A stretch of DNA of 24,000 nucleotides from Methanotrichaceae archaeon (lineage in GTDB: Archaea > Halobacteriota > Methanosarcinia > Methanotrichales > Methanotrichaceae): NCBI GenBank assembly GCA_041494285.1, contig JBGQAL010000006.1, forward strand, positions 3,057 to 27,056, written 5' to 3'. The notes under the pieces are model-generated. The model saw nothing but the letters and a program-made list of their open reading frames with translations. It did no database searches and was not told where the DNA came from. Position 1 is the stretch's first letter; every line of letters starts with the position of its first letter. Made by a program: the position numbers and the translations under genes. This document shows, in pieces, positions 1-7,390 of this stretch.

Positions 1-35
1 GGCCCTGGATGCCGCCCTGAAATAAGGTGTAACTC

Positions 36-992
36 ATGGACCTGGGCGCGGAGCCTGTGAGGAGGCTTAACAGCCACGGCAAACCTGCGCCGCATCTGTC
101 CATAAAGTTCGATTCCCATCTTTTCTCCATCGACACCAGCCGGTCGCCCAAGGCCTGCGTCCAGCCCGATGCTTACCTTATAACGCACGCTCACAGCGAT
201 CACTACGGCAAGTCGGCCATGCTCTCCGAACGATCCGTGGCCTCGGTGGAGACCGCCCGGGCACTGGAGATACGCTACGGCCGCAAATATCATGGTCGGA
301 CTTTCTCCGTTGGAGAGAGCATAATGGTAGGAGACGTGGAGGTCAAGACCCATCCCACTGGGCACACCATAGGCTCTGCAGCCTTCTCTTGGCAGACGGA
401 AGTCGGGACCAGGATTCTGGTCACTGGCGATGTCAAAGACTACAGCGCTCTTCCGCGCTGCGATTTTCTGATCTCGGAGGCCAACTACGGCGATCCCTGG
501 GACCCATCTTGCATCTTTGATGATGATCTGGCCGGCTTCTTCGAGGCCTTGGAGTCAGGTGCATCCTTCGGAGCTTACGCCTTCGGCAAGGCCCAGCGTG
601 CCGTTGCATTGATCCGGGGCATGGGATACAAGGGCGAGATAGGCATGGACTCTGAAAGCCTTGCCTTGACCAGAGAGCTCATGGCTGACTCCGGGCCTTA
701 CGTCGATGTCCAGAAGGACTGCACCAACGTGGTTACCCCTTGGAACCTGAACCAGGTTCGGGGTAACAACAAGTACATGCTCACAGGCAGGAGAGATATG
801 TCCTACCAAACTATCATGATCAGTGACCACCTTGATTTCCGTGGGCTGATGAAGATGGTGGAGCACGTCTCGCCGCAGGAGGTGCTGGTCTATCATCCCG
901 GAGGAGAGCGGTCGAACCTGCTGGCTCATCATCTGCAGCAGTGCGGGATGGAGGCCACATCGCTGGACCTGATAGAGAGCTTTTTTTGCTAG
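36..992 (+). CDS. Metallo-beta-lactamase-fold hydrolase (beta-CASP-like nuclease candidate)
   Basis: 318-aa ORF. ATG at 36 follows AAGGTG at 24-29. It has the MBL signature HAHSDHYG (HxHxDH), further His/Asp ligand-like positions (HPTGH, VTGD) and a C-terminal ...VLVYHPGG. The substrate cannot be inferred. Confidence 0.75.
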   Translation: MDLGAEPVRRLNSHGKPAPHLSIKFDSHLFSIDTSRSPKACVQPDAYLITHAHSDHYGKSAMLSERSVASVETARALEIRYGRKYHGRTFSVGESIMVGDVEVKTHPTGHTIGSAAFSWQTEVGTRILVTGDVKDYSALPRCDFLISEANYGDPWDPSCIFDDDLAGFFEALESGASFGAYAFGKAQRAVALIRGMGYKGEIGMDSESLALTRELMADSGPYVDVQKDCTNVVTPWNLNQVRGNNKYMLTGRRDMSYQTIMISDHLDFRGLMKMVEHVSPQEVLVYHPGGERSNLLAHHLQQCGMEATSLDLIESFFC

Positions 993-1381
993 CATTCTTT
1001 ATGAGCGTCTTCCTTCTTGGGCTTGAAACCTTCTTTCCCGATATCATCCAGGATTCTCGTCATGGATTTCTTGAGCGGCGGAATATCCTCTTTCAGAGTG
1101 CGCCAGACTACTTCCAAATCAACCAAATGGTACGCATGGATGAGCTTGTCTCGGGTTGCGGCCATTTCGCTCCAGGGAACTTCGGGATATCTATTCTTGA
1201 GGGATTTGGGTAAACCTTTTGATGCCTCCCCGATGATCTCCAGAACCTGAACGGCAGAGAGGGCTTTCTCTTCGTTGCTGCAAAAGGTCTCAAAGTCTAC
1301 CCCGATTGTTATTCTCTCGCCAATCTCTGCATATCGCAAAATGTCCAGCAGATAGTCCCGGAAATCCCTTTTATCCTTCAA
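989..1381 (-). CDS. hepT: HepT (DUF86/HEPN) toxin of a type VII HepT-MntA toxin-antitoxin pair
   Basis: 130-aa ORF with the RX4HXY motif (RDKLIHAY) and an N-terminus (DYLLDIL) typical of DUF86. The TTG start at 1381 overlaps the mntA stop (TTGA). Confidence 0.85.
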   Translation of the reverse strand: MKDKRDFRDYLLDILRYAEIGERITIGVDFETFCSNEEKALSAVQVLEIIGEASKGLPKSLKNRYPEVPWSEMAATRDKLIHAYHLVDLEVVWRTLKEDIPPLKKSMTRILDDIGKEGFKPKKEDAHKEC

Positions 1382-1701
1382 ATAGCTACCACTTCCTCCA
1401 GGATGCGCTTTCCTGCATACGGCCGCAGAGTCTTCTTCATGACCAGGTCTACCTTGATGCCCACTTGCTCGCTGAGATAGCGTTCCATACGTATGAGCTC
1501 GTAGAGGGTCGGAGCCTGCTCGAACTCCACCAATAAATCCAAATCACTGGTCTGCCTGGCTTCTCCACGAACATAGGAGCCGAAGACTCCCAGAGACTTC
1601 ACTTTGTAGCGCTCCTGGATATCGGGCATTATCCTTCGGAGGGTTGACTTAATCTCCTCTAGGGAGGGACGCTTCTCGGCGATATTTGATGAACGGGGCA
1701 T
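1378..1701 (-). CDS. mntA: MntA minimal nucleotidyltransferase antitoxin
   Basis: 107-aa ORF with the GS-x-x-RG...SDLDLLV motif (GVFGSYVRGEARQTSDLDLLVEF) of MNT-fold nucleotidyltransferases. ATG at 1701 follows AAAGGTGA. It lies directly upstream of hepT and overlaps it. Confidence 0.85.
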   Translation of the reverse strand: MPRSSNIAEKRPSLEEIKSTLRRIMPDIQERYKVKSLGVFGSYVRGEARQTSDLDLLVEFEQAPTLYELIRMERYLSEQVGIKVDLVMKKTLRPYAGKRILEEVVAI

Positions 1702-1742
1702 GGATTCACCTTTGCTGTAATGGAAGTCGCTTTTGAACGGGT

Positions 1743-1750
1743 TATTAAAA
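1743..1750 (-). promoter_or_regulatory. Candidate TATA box for mntA-hepT
   Basis: The minus strand reads TTTTAATA about 45 nt upstream of the mntA ATG. This would leave a short leader containing the SD-like AAAGGTGA. Confidence 0.3.
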
Positions 1751-2064
1751 TATCTCGTTCATTGCTTTTGAAGCCATCGATAATGTTAGATCTAATGATG
1801 TTCCGCAATGCATCAAGTCCCGGGAGATCCAGTACAGGAACAACGCATTCTGAAGGTATCAAAGATGTTTTTTATTACAGGATAAGAACACCCAGCATTA
1901 GATGTCCATAGAACACATCTTGCTGGAGGAGGTCCGGGATGTCATCCCGGAAGTTGCGATCAAATCTGCGGGCCCATTATCTGCAGCAGTGAGTATATTG
2001 AGGCTACATAACTGTAACAGATATAGCTATTGCAATAGGGTGTGTAATTTTAAGGGGTATTTAT

Positions 2065-2292
2065 TTACGATATCTCTTTTACTTTTTCGAGCAAACATTC
2101 CAAAAATCTCCTTGCTTCTTTGCTAAGTTTGGAATACATATACACAAAATCTTCCGGTTCAGTAGGTATTTGATTTAATCCAAGCCACCCAAATGCATCC
2201 CGTAGCGATTGACTAGATTTAATGATTTTTTTCTCATTACCATGATCCGGATCGTGACGCAACCACTTGTTTCTTAGTTGCTTATACACCAA
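2065..2292 (-). CDS. Terminal fragment carrying LRNKWLRHDPDH (possible HEPN Rx4-6H)
   Basis: 75-aa ORF with a TTG start and no SD. It overlaps the preceding fragment by 19 nt in another frame, so it reads best as a continuation of the same gene. Confidence 0.4.
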   Translation of the reverse strand: MVYKQLRNKWLRHDPDHGNEKKIIKSSQSLRDAFGWLGLNQIPTEPEDFVYMYSKLSKEARRFLECLLEKVKEIS

Positions 2293-2924
2293 ATGAATTC
2301 ACATTCGGATCCTTCTAAAACGCCTCCATTTTCTTGCAAAAAGCGTAACTTGTCATCTCCCGCCCCTTCATAAAAAATAGTATATAGTTTATCTATAAAT
2401 TGTCCAAAATCCTCTTTATCTCTTGGGACAAACAGCGAGAGATCTAAGATCGCATCAACTGCCTTATTTGTAGGCTTAAATATCTCAGATTTTTTTGCAA
2501 TTTTTGCGGCGTCGTTACATAAGGGGAGTAATTTAAGTGTTTCGCAGATATATTTACAAAAAATTGAATCTTCTCGGTTCTTGATAGAAAGTAATAAGTC
2601 TTCTCGAATTGAATGATTTGGCTTAATTAAGCGAAGTTCAGAATTTCTTATTTTCTTTAGATTTGTCGGATAATGTTCTGTCTTATCCAAATGGTCTAAC
2701 GCTGAATAATCAGGTACTTTTATAGTCTCAAGAACACTGCTTATTCCTGGAGCCATCGCTGATGCATAATCGCTTCCTACCGTTGATTTTAGACTATCGC
2801 ACAAGCTTTTAGATGCAAAAGCTAAATCGTCTTGCGCTTTCATTATTCCAGAGATGTCTGTTATACCTGGAGCCATCGCTGATGCATAATCGCTTCCTAC
2901 CGCTGATTTTAGACTATCGCACAA
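2274..2924 (-). CDS. Central/C-terminal fragment of the repeat protein (216 aa as tracked)
   Basis: It begins inside a repeat unit, so the tracked TTG start is not a credible native start. Two repeat units are followed by a non-repetitive domain of about 150 aa that I cannot assign to a family. Confidence 0.55.
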   Translation of the reverse strand: MCDSLKSAVGSDYASAMAPGITDISGIMKAQDDLAFASKSLCDSLKSTVGSDYASAMAPGISSVLETIKVPDYSALDHLDKTEHYPTNLKKIRNSELRLIKPNHSIREDLLLSIKNREDSIFCKYICETLKLLPLCNDAAKIAKKSEIFKPTNKAVDAILDLSLFVPRDKEDFGQFIDKLYTIFYEGAGDDKLRFLQENGGVLEGSECEFIWCISN

Positions 2925-3270
2925 GCTTTAGATGCAAAAGCTAAATCATGTTGCGCTTTCATTATTCCAGAGATGTCTGTTATACCTGGAGCCATCGCTG
3001 ATGCATAATCGATTCCTACCGTTGAATTTAGACCATCGCACAAGATTTCAGACGTTCGCAATGATGAAACAAAAGCTAAATCGTCTTGCGCTCTTTAATT
3101 ATTCCAGAGATGTCTGTTATACCTGGAGCTATCGCTGATGCATAATCGCTCCCTACCGTTGATTTTAGACCATCGCACAAGCTTTTAGATGCAAAAGCTA
3201 AATCATCCTGCATTTTCATTGCTCCAGTGATGTCTGTTATACCTGGAGCTATCGCCGAGGTATAATCGAC
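2744..3270 (-). repeat. Coding tandem repeat, about 4.5 copies of a 120-nt (40-aa) unit
   Basis: The string CCTGGAGC[CT]ATCGC recurs at 2746, 2866, 2985, 3122 and 3242, giving periods of 120, 119, 137 and 120 nt. The units are near-identical at the DNA level. Confidence 0.95.
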
Positions 3271-3387
3271 TCCTGGCATTGCCTTCATAATTCGCAATTC
3301 TGAATCCTTCATTCTATCAAAATCATCTCCCGTAACTGCCAACTCCTTCATGTATTTCGGCCATCTTTTTCCATCTAATCTCGACAA
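3076..3387 (-). CDS. N-terminal fragment of the repeat protein (103 aa)
   Basis: ATG at 3387 lies about 27 nt downstream of a consensus TATA box. The ORF holds two 40-aa repeat units and then ends at a TAG created by a 2-nt insertion relative to sister units. Confidence 0.6.
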   Translation of the reverse strand: MSRLDGKRWPKYMKELAVTGDDFDRMKDSELRIMKAMPGVDYTSAIAPGITDITGAMKMQDDLAFASKSLCDGLKSTVGSDYASAIAPGITDISGIIKERKTI

Positions 3388-3410
3388 GCGTTTTTAGTGC
3401 TTTTAAAGTA

Positions 3411-3418
3411 TATAAATA
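3411..3418 (-). promoter_or_regulatory. TATA box of the repeat gene (leaderless geometry)
   Basis: The minus strand reads TTTATATA, matching the archaeal consensus TTTAWATA. It is centred about 27 nt upstream of ATG 3387. Confidence 0.45.
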
Positions 3419-3506
3419 GGACCAGGGCAGGCCGAAAGTAATCCATGCTTAGCAATGATGGATAGCTGAGTTCAAATTGCGTTAATTGATAATCACAAGT
3501 ATTAAA

Positions 3507-4769
3507 TTATAAGTAATGCACAATCAGCGGCAGCATCAGCACTCCCATGGCGTGAGTCTTCCGGATTCCAGCCAATGGTGAGATCATCCCCACTATCGTT
3601 GAGATGACGAAGATGAACAGCCCAAACCATCCTGTGAAGGCCAGGGTCATGGCCGTCAGGCCCGCCAGCACGCCCAGGCAGAGCCGAGGGTAGTTCAGCC
3701 GTGATATCACTCTGGCAAAGACCCGTGCCGATCCTATGGCCGCAATATAAGAGGCTGCACCGACGGCTATTATTATCACCAGCATCTGAACAAGGATGTC
3801 CCAGTTCATGGTGATCAGCTCCTTTATGGCTGCAGATGCCCCGCTCCTGGGCTTGTCCACGGCGTAAAGGGCCACCAAGGAGAACAATGCGTTTGCGGTG
3901 TTCACCCCGGAGATGGAGACAAGAAACTCCTCTCCGGTGGAGGGAGCACCCAAGCGCGTGGCCATGGCAGCGATGGACGGCGACACCCCAGGAATCCAGG
4001 CAATCACCGATCCGCCCAGGCTGCCAAGTAAGACCGACCTGGCCAGAGAGCCAGCAGGGATGTGCAGACCAGTATCCTTCTGCTCCGGGATGCTTGTCCC
4101 TGAAGATAGGCTGATTATCAGAAAGGATGCTCCAAAGAGCCCTGATAGAAGGGGCAGCATGGGCTGGGTCTGCAAGCCCAGAGGTGACTGGAACATGCTC
4201 TCGTGGTTGAAGGCGAAGCTTCCCAGGAAACCGCTTGTCAGGAAGACCAGAATCGCCAAGATTTTGTACTTCAAATGGACCAGCGACCCCTGGCCCTCAA
4301 TCACTGGGCCGTTCTCTGTCTTGATCATGAAAAGAGCAATGACCAGCAGCAGGACTCCAACGTACTTCATCAAAAGATCGTTGTAACGAGAGAAGGTCCA
4401 GGATAGAGGAAAGACCAGGAGCATAGCGGCAATGATGGACCCTGCCGAGCCTATTGCCGATAGCCTGATGGCCTCTATCCCCCGTCCTTCGAGCATGAGG
4501 CTGTGGCCGGGCAGGACCGTCAGAATTGTGTCCGAGTCGGGTGCTCCCACGAACACCGCAGGGATGGCGTCGAAGAAGGTCTGGGAGATGGCCGCCGCCA
4601 GAATGATCGTTGACACATGATAGGGAGAAAGGCCGTAGGACATCAAAATGGGTGAAGCCGCCAGCAGCATGGCTGCGAAGTTGTTCACATGCAGGCCAGG
4701 GGTAAGCCCACTGATAGCCCCCAAGATCAGTCCCGCAGAGGCACAAAGGATTATTATAACGTCGATCAT
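3507..4769 (-). CDS. TctA-family (DUF112/COG1784-like) integral membrane transporter
   Basis: 420-aa polytopic hydrophobic ORF. Its N-terminal GLTPGLHVNNFA motif and Gly/Ala-rich helices recall archaeal TctA-like permeases. No solute-binding partner lies in the window. Confidence 0.6.
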   Translation of the reverse strand: MIDVIIILCASAGLILGAISGLTPGLHVNNFAAMLLAASPILMSYGLSPYHVSTIILAAAISQTFFDAIPAVFVGAPDSDTILTVLPGHSLMLEGRGIEAIRLSAIGSAGSIIAAMLLVFPLSWTFSRYNDLLMKYVGVLLLVIALFMIKTENGPVIEGQGSLVHLKYKILAILVFLTSGFLGSFAFNHESMFQSPLGLQTQPMLPLLSGLFGASFLIISLSSGTSIPEQKDTGLHIPAGSLARSVLLGSLGGSVIAWIPGVSPSIAAMATRLGAPSTGEEFLVSISGVNTANALFSLVALYAVDKPRSGASAAIKELITMNWDILVQMLVIIIAVGAASYIAAIGSARVFARVISRLNYPRLCLGVLAGLTAMTLAFTGWFGLFIFVISTIVGMISPLAGIRKTHAMGVLMLPLIVHYL

Positions 4770-4812
4770 AGCTGATTGAGAGATGATGATAGTAACTGTT
4801 GGACTTAATTTA

Positions 4813-4840
4813 ACATGTAAGGATTACATGTAAAGGATTA
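4813..4840. promoter_or_regulatory. Tandem direct repeat upstream of the TctA-like gene (candidate transcription-factor site)
   Basis: ACATGTAAGGATT (4813-4825) is followed directly by ACATGTAAAGGATT (4826-4839). Each unit holds the palindrome ACATGT. The pair lies just distal to a TTAAATTA TATA-like element at about 4804-4811 on the minus strand. Confidence 0.3.
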
Positions 4841-5083
4841 ATAGCTTACTGAGGCAGGCATTGCAGGATTGGCCGTTGAATGGGGTAGCCTTTGACCGTC
4901 TTGGTGCTGGCCCGTGTCAAAAAGCACAGCAAGGTGCAAATGGTGAAAACTCTTAAATACTGGTGAAGAGTCGGTTAATCATTCCGCACCTGGGGCAGGA
5001 GTCCCGGGGCGCATGAACCCGAAGGTTCGAACGTGCGTGCAGCGCGTGAGTGGGCCCGAAAGAGGCCTTGCGGAGGATTCAAG

Positions 5084-5446
5084 ATGAAAGCGATAGCTAA
5101 GACAAATCCGAGGTTGGTCCGCCTCATTGGCGACTTGAAGGCGGCATCCCGTAATAATAATGTTGGCCTCTGGCGCGACGTCGCTAGGCGGCTGGAGAAG
5201 CCCAAACGCAACTACGCTGCAGTAAACCTAAGCAAGATCAACAGGCATACCAGTCCTAACGATACTGTTCTCGTTCCCGGAAAGGTGCTGGCCTCAGGCG
5301 ACCTGGAGCATAGCGTGACTGTGGCTGCCCTGGGATTCAGTGGCCAGGCAATCTCCAAGATAGAATCGGCCGGCGGAAAGTGCCTCAAGATAGAGAGCCT
5401 GATGCAAGAGCACCCCAAGGGCTCCGGCATAAAGATTTTGAGGTGA
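5084..5446 (+). CDS. rpl18e: 50S ribosomal protein L18e (eL18)
   Basis: MKAIAKTNPRLVRLIGDLK... is typical of archaeal L18e. I moved the start from the tracked 5033 to ATG 5084, which follows GGAGG at 5072-5076. The gene heads the conserved L18e-L13-S9 order. Confidence 0.9.
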   Translation: MKAIAKTNPRLVRLIGDLKAASRNNNVGLWRDVARRLEKPKRNYAAVNLSKINRHTSPNDTVLVPGKVLASGDLEHSVTVAALGFSGQAISKIESAGGKCLKIESLMQEHPKGSGIKILR

Positions 5447-5450
5447 TCTC

Positions 5451-5867
5451 ATGATAGTTGATGCAACTGGATTGGTCATGGGGCGTCTGGCTTCAGTGGT
5501 CGCGACGCAGCTTTTGGCAGGAAACGAGATCAAGATCGTCAACGCTGAGAAGGCCATAATCACTGGCCGCAGAGAGAGCATTTACGAAGAGTACTTCGCT
5601 TGCCGTGACAGAGGGCACAAGGAGAGAGGCCCTTACTTCCCCAGAAGACCTGAGATGATAATGAAGAGGACTGTAAGAGGCATGCTACCCTACAAGCTAA
5701 GACGCGGACGGGATGCCATGTCCAGGCTCAGGATCTATATCGGCGTTCCCAGGGATCTGTCGGGACAGCAGTTCGAACAACCCCAGGCCGCAAAGGTCAG
5801 AGGATCCAGCAGTGCCAACTTTATCGAGCTGGGCGATCTGAGCAAGAGGCTTGGCGCACATTTCTGA
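5451..5867 (+). CDS. rpl13: 50S ribosomal protein L13 (uL13)
   Basis: [14 protein letters not shown]...[11 protein letters not shown] is a uL13 N-terminal signature. ATG follows GAGGTGA. Confidence 0.95.
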   Translation: MIVDATGLVMGRLASVVATQLLAGNEIKIVNAEKAIITGRRESIYEEYFACRDRGHKERGPYFPRRPEMIMKRTVRGMLPYKLRRGRDAMSRLRIYIGVPRDLSGQQFEQPQAAKVRGSSSANFIELGDLSKRLGAHF

Positions 5868-5877
5868 GAGGTTCTTT

Positions 5878-6276
5878 ATGAAGATAATCAACTCGTCCGG
5901 CAAGAAGAAGACTGCTACTGCCAGGGCTACGCTGAAGGATGGAAAAGGCAGGGTCCGGATCAACAAAATGCCCTTAGAGATTTATGAGCCCAAGCTGGCC
6001 AAGATGAAGATCATGGATGCCGTGACGATAGCCGACAAGCTGGTTCAGGGCATCGATATCGATGTAACAGTCAGCGGTGGCGGGACCATAGGGCAAGCGG
6101 ATGCAGTTCGTACTGCCATTGCCAAAGGGATAGTTGAGTGGACTGGAGACACTGGACTTAAAGAGGCTTACACTGAGTACGATAGAAACCTCCTGGTCAG
6201 CGACCATCGGCAGAAGGAGAAGAAGAAGTTCGGCGGTCATGGTGCAAGATCCAAGTTCCAGAAGTCCTACAGGTGA
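5878..6276 (+). CDS. rps9: 30S ribosomal protein S9 (uS9)
   Basis: [11 protein letters not shown]...KFQKSYR is a uS9 signature including the C-terminal tail. I chose ATG 5878 because it lies after the rpl13 stop; the tracked 5851 start overlaps rpl13. Confidence 0.93.
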   Translation: MKIINSSGKKKTATARATLKDGKGRVRINKMPLEIYEPKLAKMKIMDAVTIADKLVQGIDIDVTVSGGGTIGQADAVRTAIAKGIVEWTGDTGLKEAYTEYDRNLLVSDHRQKEKKKFGGHGARSKFQKSYR

Positions 6277-6282
6277 AATGGC

Positions 6283-6468
6283 TTGATTCCAGTCAGGTGC
6301 TTTTCCTGCGGGAAAGTAATCTCTAATGTATGGGAGGAATACCGGGAGCGCATAAAAACTGAACCTCCCGACAAAGTCCTCGACGATCTGGGCATAGATA
6401 GCTATTGTTGCAGGCGCATGCTCCTTGCCCATGTGGAAATAGTGGAAACGCTAAGGCGGTACCAGTAA
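6283..6468 (+). CDS. rpoN: DNA-directed RNA polymerase subunit N (Rpo10)
   Basis: MIPVRCFSCGKVI...CCRRML is the zinc-bundle signature of Rpo10. The TTG start follows AGGTGA. Confidence 0.95.
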   Translation: MIPVRCFSCGKVISNVWEEYRERIKTEPPDKVLDDLGIDSYCCRRMLLAHVEIVETLRRYQ

Positions 6469-6472
6469 GAAG

Positions 6473-6547
6473 GGGGTTGTAGGGTAGCCTGGTCCATCCT
6501 ACAGCGTTCGGGACGCTGTGACCTGAGTTCGAATCTCAGCAACCCCA
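6473..6547 (+). tRNA. tRNA-Pro (anticodon CGG)
   Basis: Hand-folded cloverleaf. The acceptor stem is GGGGTTG/CAACCCC with discriminator A. U8, A14, G18, G19 and A21 are present. The anticodon stem is CAGCG/CGCTG with loop TTCGGGA. The T arm is CTGAG-TTCGAAT-CTCAG. There is no intron and no encoded CCA. Confidence 0.95.
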
Positions 6548-6574
6548 TCATGCTCTTCCTTTTGAGGTGGCTAT

Positions 6575-6760
6575 TTGAAGGGTGAGAAGTATACAAGATA
6601 TGAACGTGCCAGAATAGTAGGAGCACGGGCTCTGCAGATTTTCATGGGCGCCCCGGTATTTATCGATACCGCATCTATGGACCCCCTCGAAATAGCGCTA
6701 GAAGAGATGAGACTGGGGGTAGTACCCATCACCGTGAAACGGGCGATAGCAAACAGGTAG
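6575..6760 (+). CDS. rpoK: DNA-directed RNA polymerase subunit K (Rpo6)
   Basis: [16 protein letters not shown]... is the Rpo6/omega signature. The TTG start follows GAGGTGG. Confidence 0.92.
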   Translation: MKGEKYTRYERARIVGARALQIFMGAPVFIDTASMDPLEIALEEMRLGVVPITVKRAIANR

Positions 6761-6769
6761 GTGAATTAG

Positions 6770-7390
6770 TTGGAAGAAGATGAGGTGATAAAGGTAGTGG
6801 GAGAATACGAAACTCTCATACCCATAGACGAGTACCTTGCTGCTGGTGTGCACATCGGCACTCAGCAGAAGACGAACGACATGATGCCTTACATCTACAG
6901 AGTGCGAACAGATGGTTTGTACGTTCTGGATGTTCAGTCCACAGATAAGCGCATCCGCTTGGCTGCCAAGTTCCTGGCCAAGTACGATCCATCCAAGATC
7001 CTGGTTGTCTCAGCCAGGCAGTACGGTCAGCGGCCCGCTACAATGTTTGCCAAGGCAATAGGAGCCAAGTCCAACGTAGGACGGTTCATACCCAACACTC
7101 TGACCAATCCCGATTTCTATGGATTTACAGAACCGGACGCCCTGATAGCCACTGACCCGAGCGGCGACGCCCAAGCGGTCAACGAGGCTGTGGATTCCGG
7201 AATTCCAGTGATAGCCCTTTGTGACACCAACAATATGATCTCCAACGTGGACCTGGTCATACCAACCAACAACAAGGGTAGAAAGGCTCTGACTCTGATC
7301 TACTGGCTCCTGGCCAGACAGGTGCTGCGTGAGCGTGGCGAGGAAGACCGGTTCAAGTACACTATCTCCGACTTTGAGATGGAGTTTTGA
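6770..7390 (+). CDS. rps2: 30S ribosomal protein S2 (uS2)
   Basis: [14 protein letters not shown]...ALCDTN is a uS2 signature. The start is TTG at 6770; an in-frame GTG at 6785 is an alternative. Confidence 0.93.
   Translation: MEEDEVIKVVGEYETLIPIDEYLAAGVHIGTQQKTNDMMPYIYRVRTDGLYVLDVQSTDKRIRLAAKFLAKYDPSKILVVSARQYGQRPATMFAKAIGAKSNVGRFIPNTLTNPDFYGFTEPDALIATDPSGDAQAVNEAVDSGIPVIALCDTNNMISNVDLVIPTNNKGRKALTLIYWLLARQVLRERGEEDRFKYTISDFEMEF

Larger units (their letters stand above)
2065..3387 (-). pseudogene. Disrupted tandem-repeat gene with a C-terminal HEPN-like R-x5-H string (composite of three ORF fragments)
   Basis: Three same-strand ORFs (3387-3076, 2924-2274, 2292-2065) join into one open frame when three frame shifts are followed. 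The lesions were located by aligning the 120-nt units to each other: a +2 nt CT at about 3091-3094, the loss of one T from a T4 run at 2927-2929, and a frame switch at 2274-2292. Confidence 0.55.

Noticed and set aside
1-25. Possible 3' end of an upstream plus-strand gene (frame 2 reads ALDAALK-stop at 23-25)
   Set aside because: Only seven codons are visible and all three frames hit stops within 60 nt. This is too little sequence to call.
1659-2126. Short ORFs 1659-1862(-), 1720-1911(+) and 1902-2126(+), plus a perfect 8-bp hairpin TCCGGGAT-gtc-ATCCCGGA at 1933-1951
   Set aside because: The ORFs overlap one another and the mntA promoter, and they show no motifs or start signals. The hairpin is real in the sequence, but I cannot tie it to a function. 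It may be a remnant of a gene truncated by the AT-rich insertion, though that is not supportable.
2744-3270. Regularly spaced 120-nt repeats that could be mistaken for a CRISPR array
   Set aside because: The units are contiguous with no unique spacers and are far longer than CRISPR repeats. They maintain a 40-aa reading frame, and no cas genes are present. This is a coding tandem repeat.
3836-4746. ORFs 3836-4114(+), 3898-4386(+), 4203-4406(+), 4432-4620(+) and 4297-4746(-) inside the TctA-like gene
   Set aside because: They are antisense or alternative-frame ORFs with Arg/Pro/Gly-rich, low-complexity translations typical of off-frame reading of a GC-rich membrane gene. They have no start context.
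4784-4852. Possible C/D-box sRNA, with AUGAUGA at 4784-4790 and CUGA at 4849-4852
   Set aside because: There is no convincing internal D'/C' pair and no terminal stem. The interval is explained better by the promoter and direct repeats of the TctA-like gene.
5015-5032. GGTTCGAAC string resembling a tRNA T-loop
   Set aside because: No flanking T-stem, acceptor stem or anticodon arm can be built on either strand.
6402-6626. 74-aa minus-strand ORF spanning the rpoN end, tRNA-Pro and the rpoK start
   Set aside because: It overlaps a well-folded tRNA and two conserved genes, and its translation has no recognisable features.
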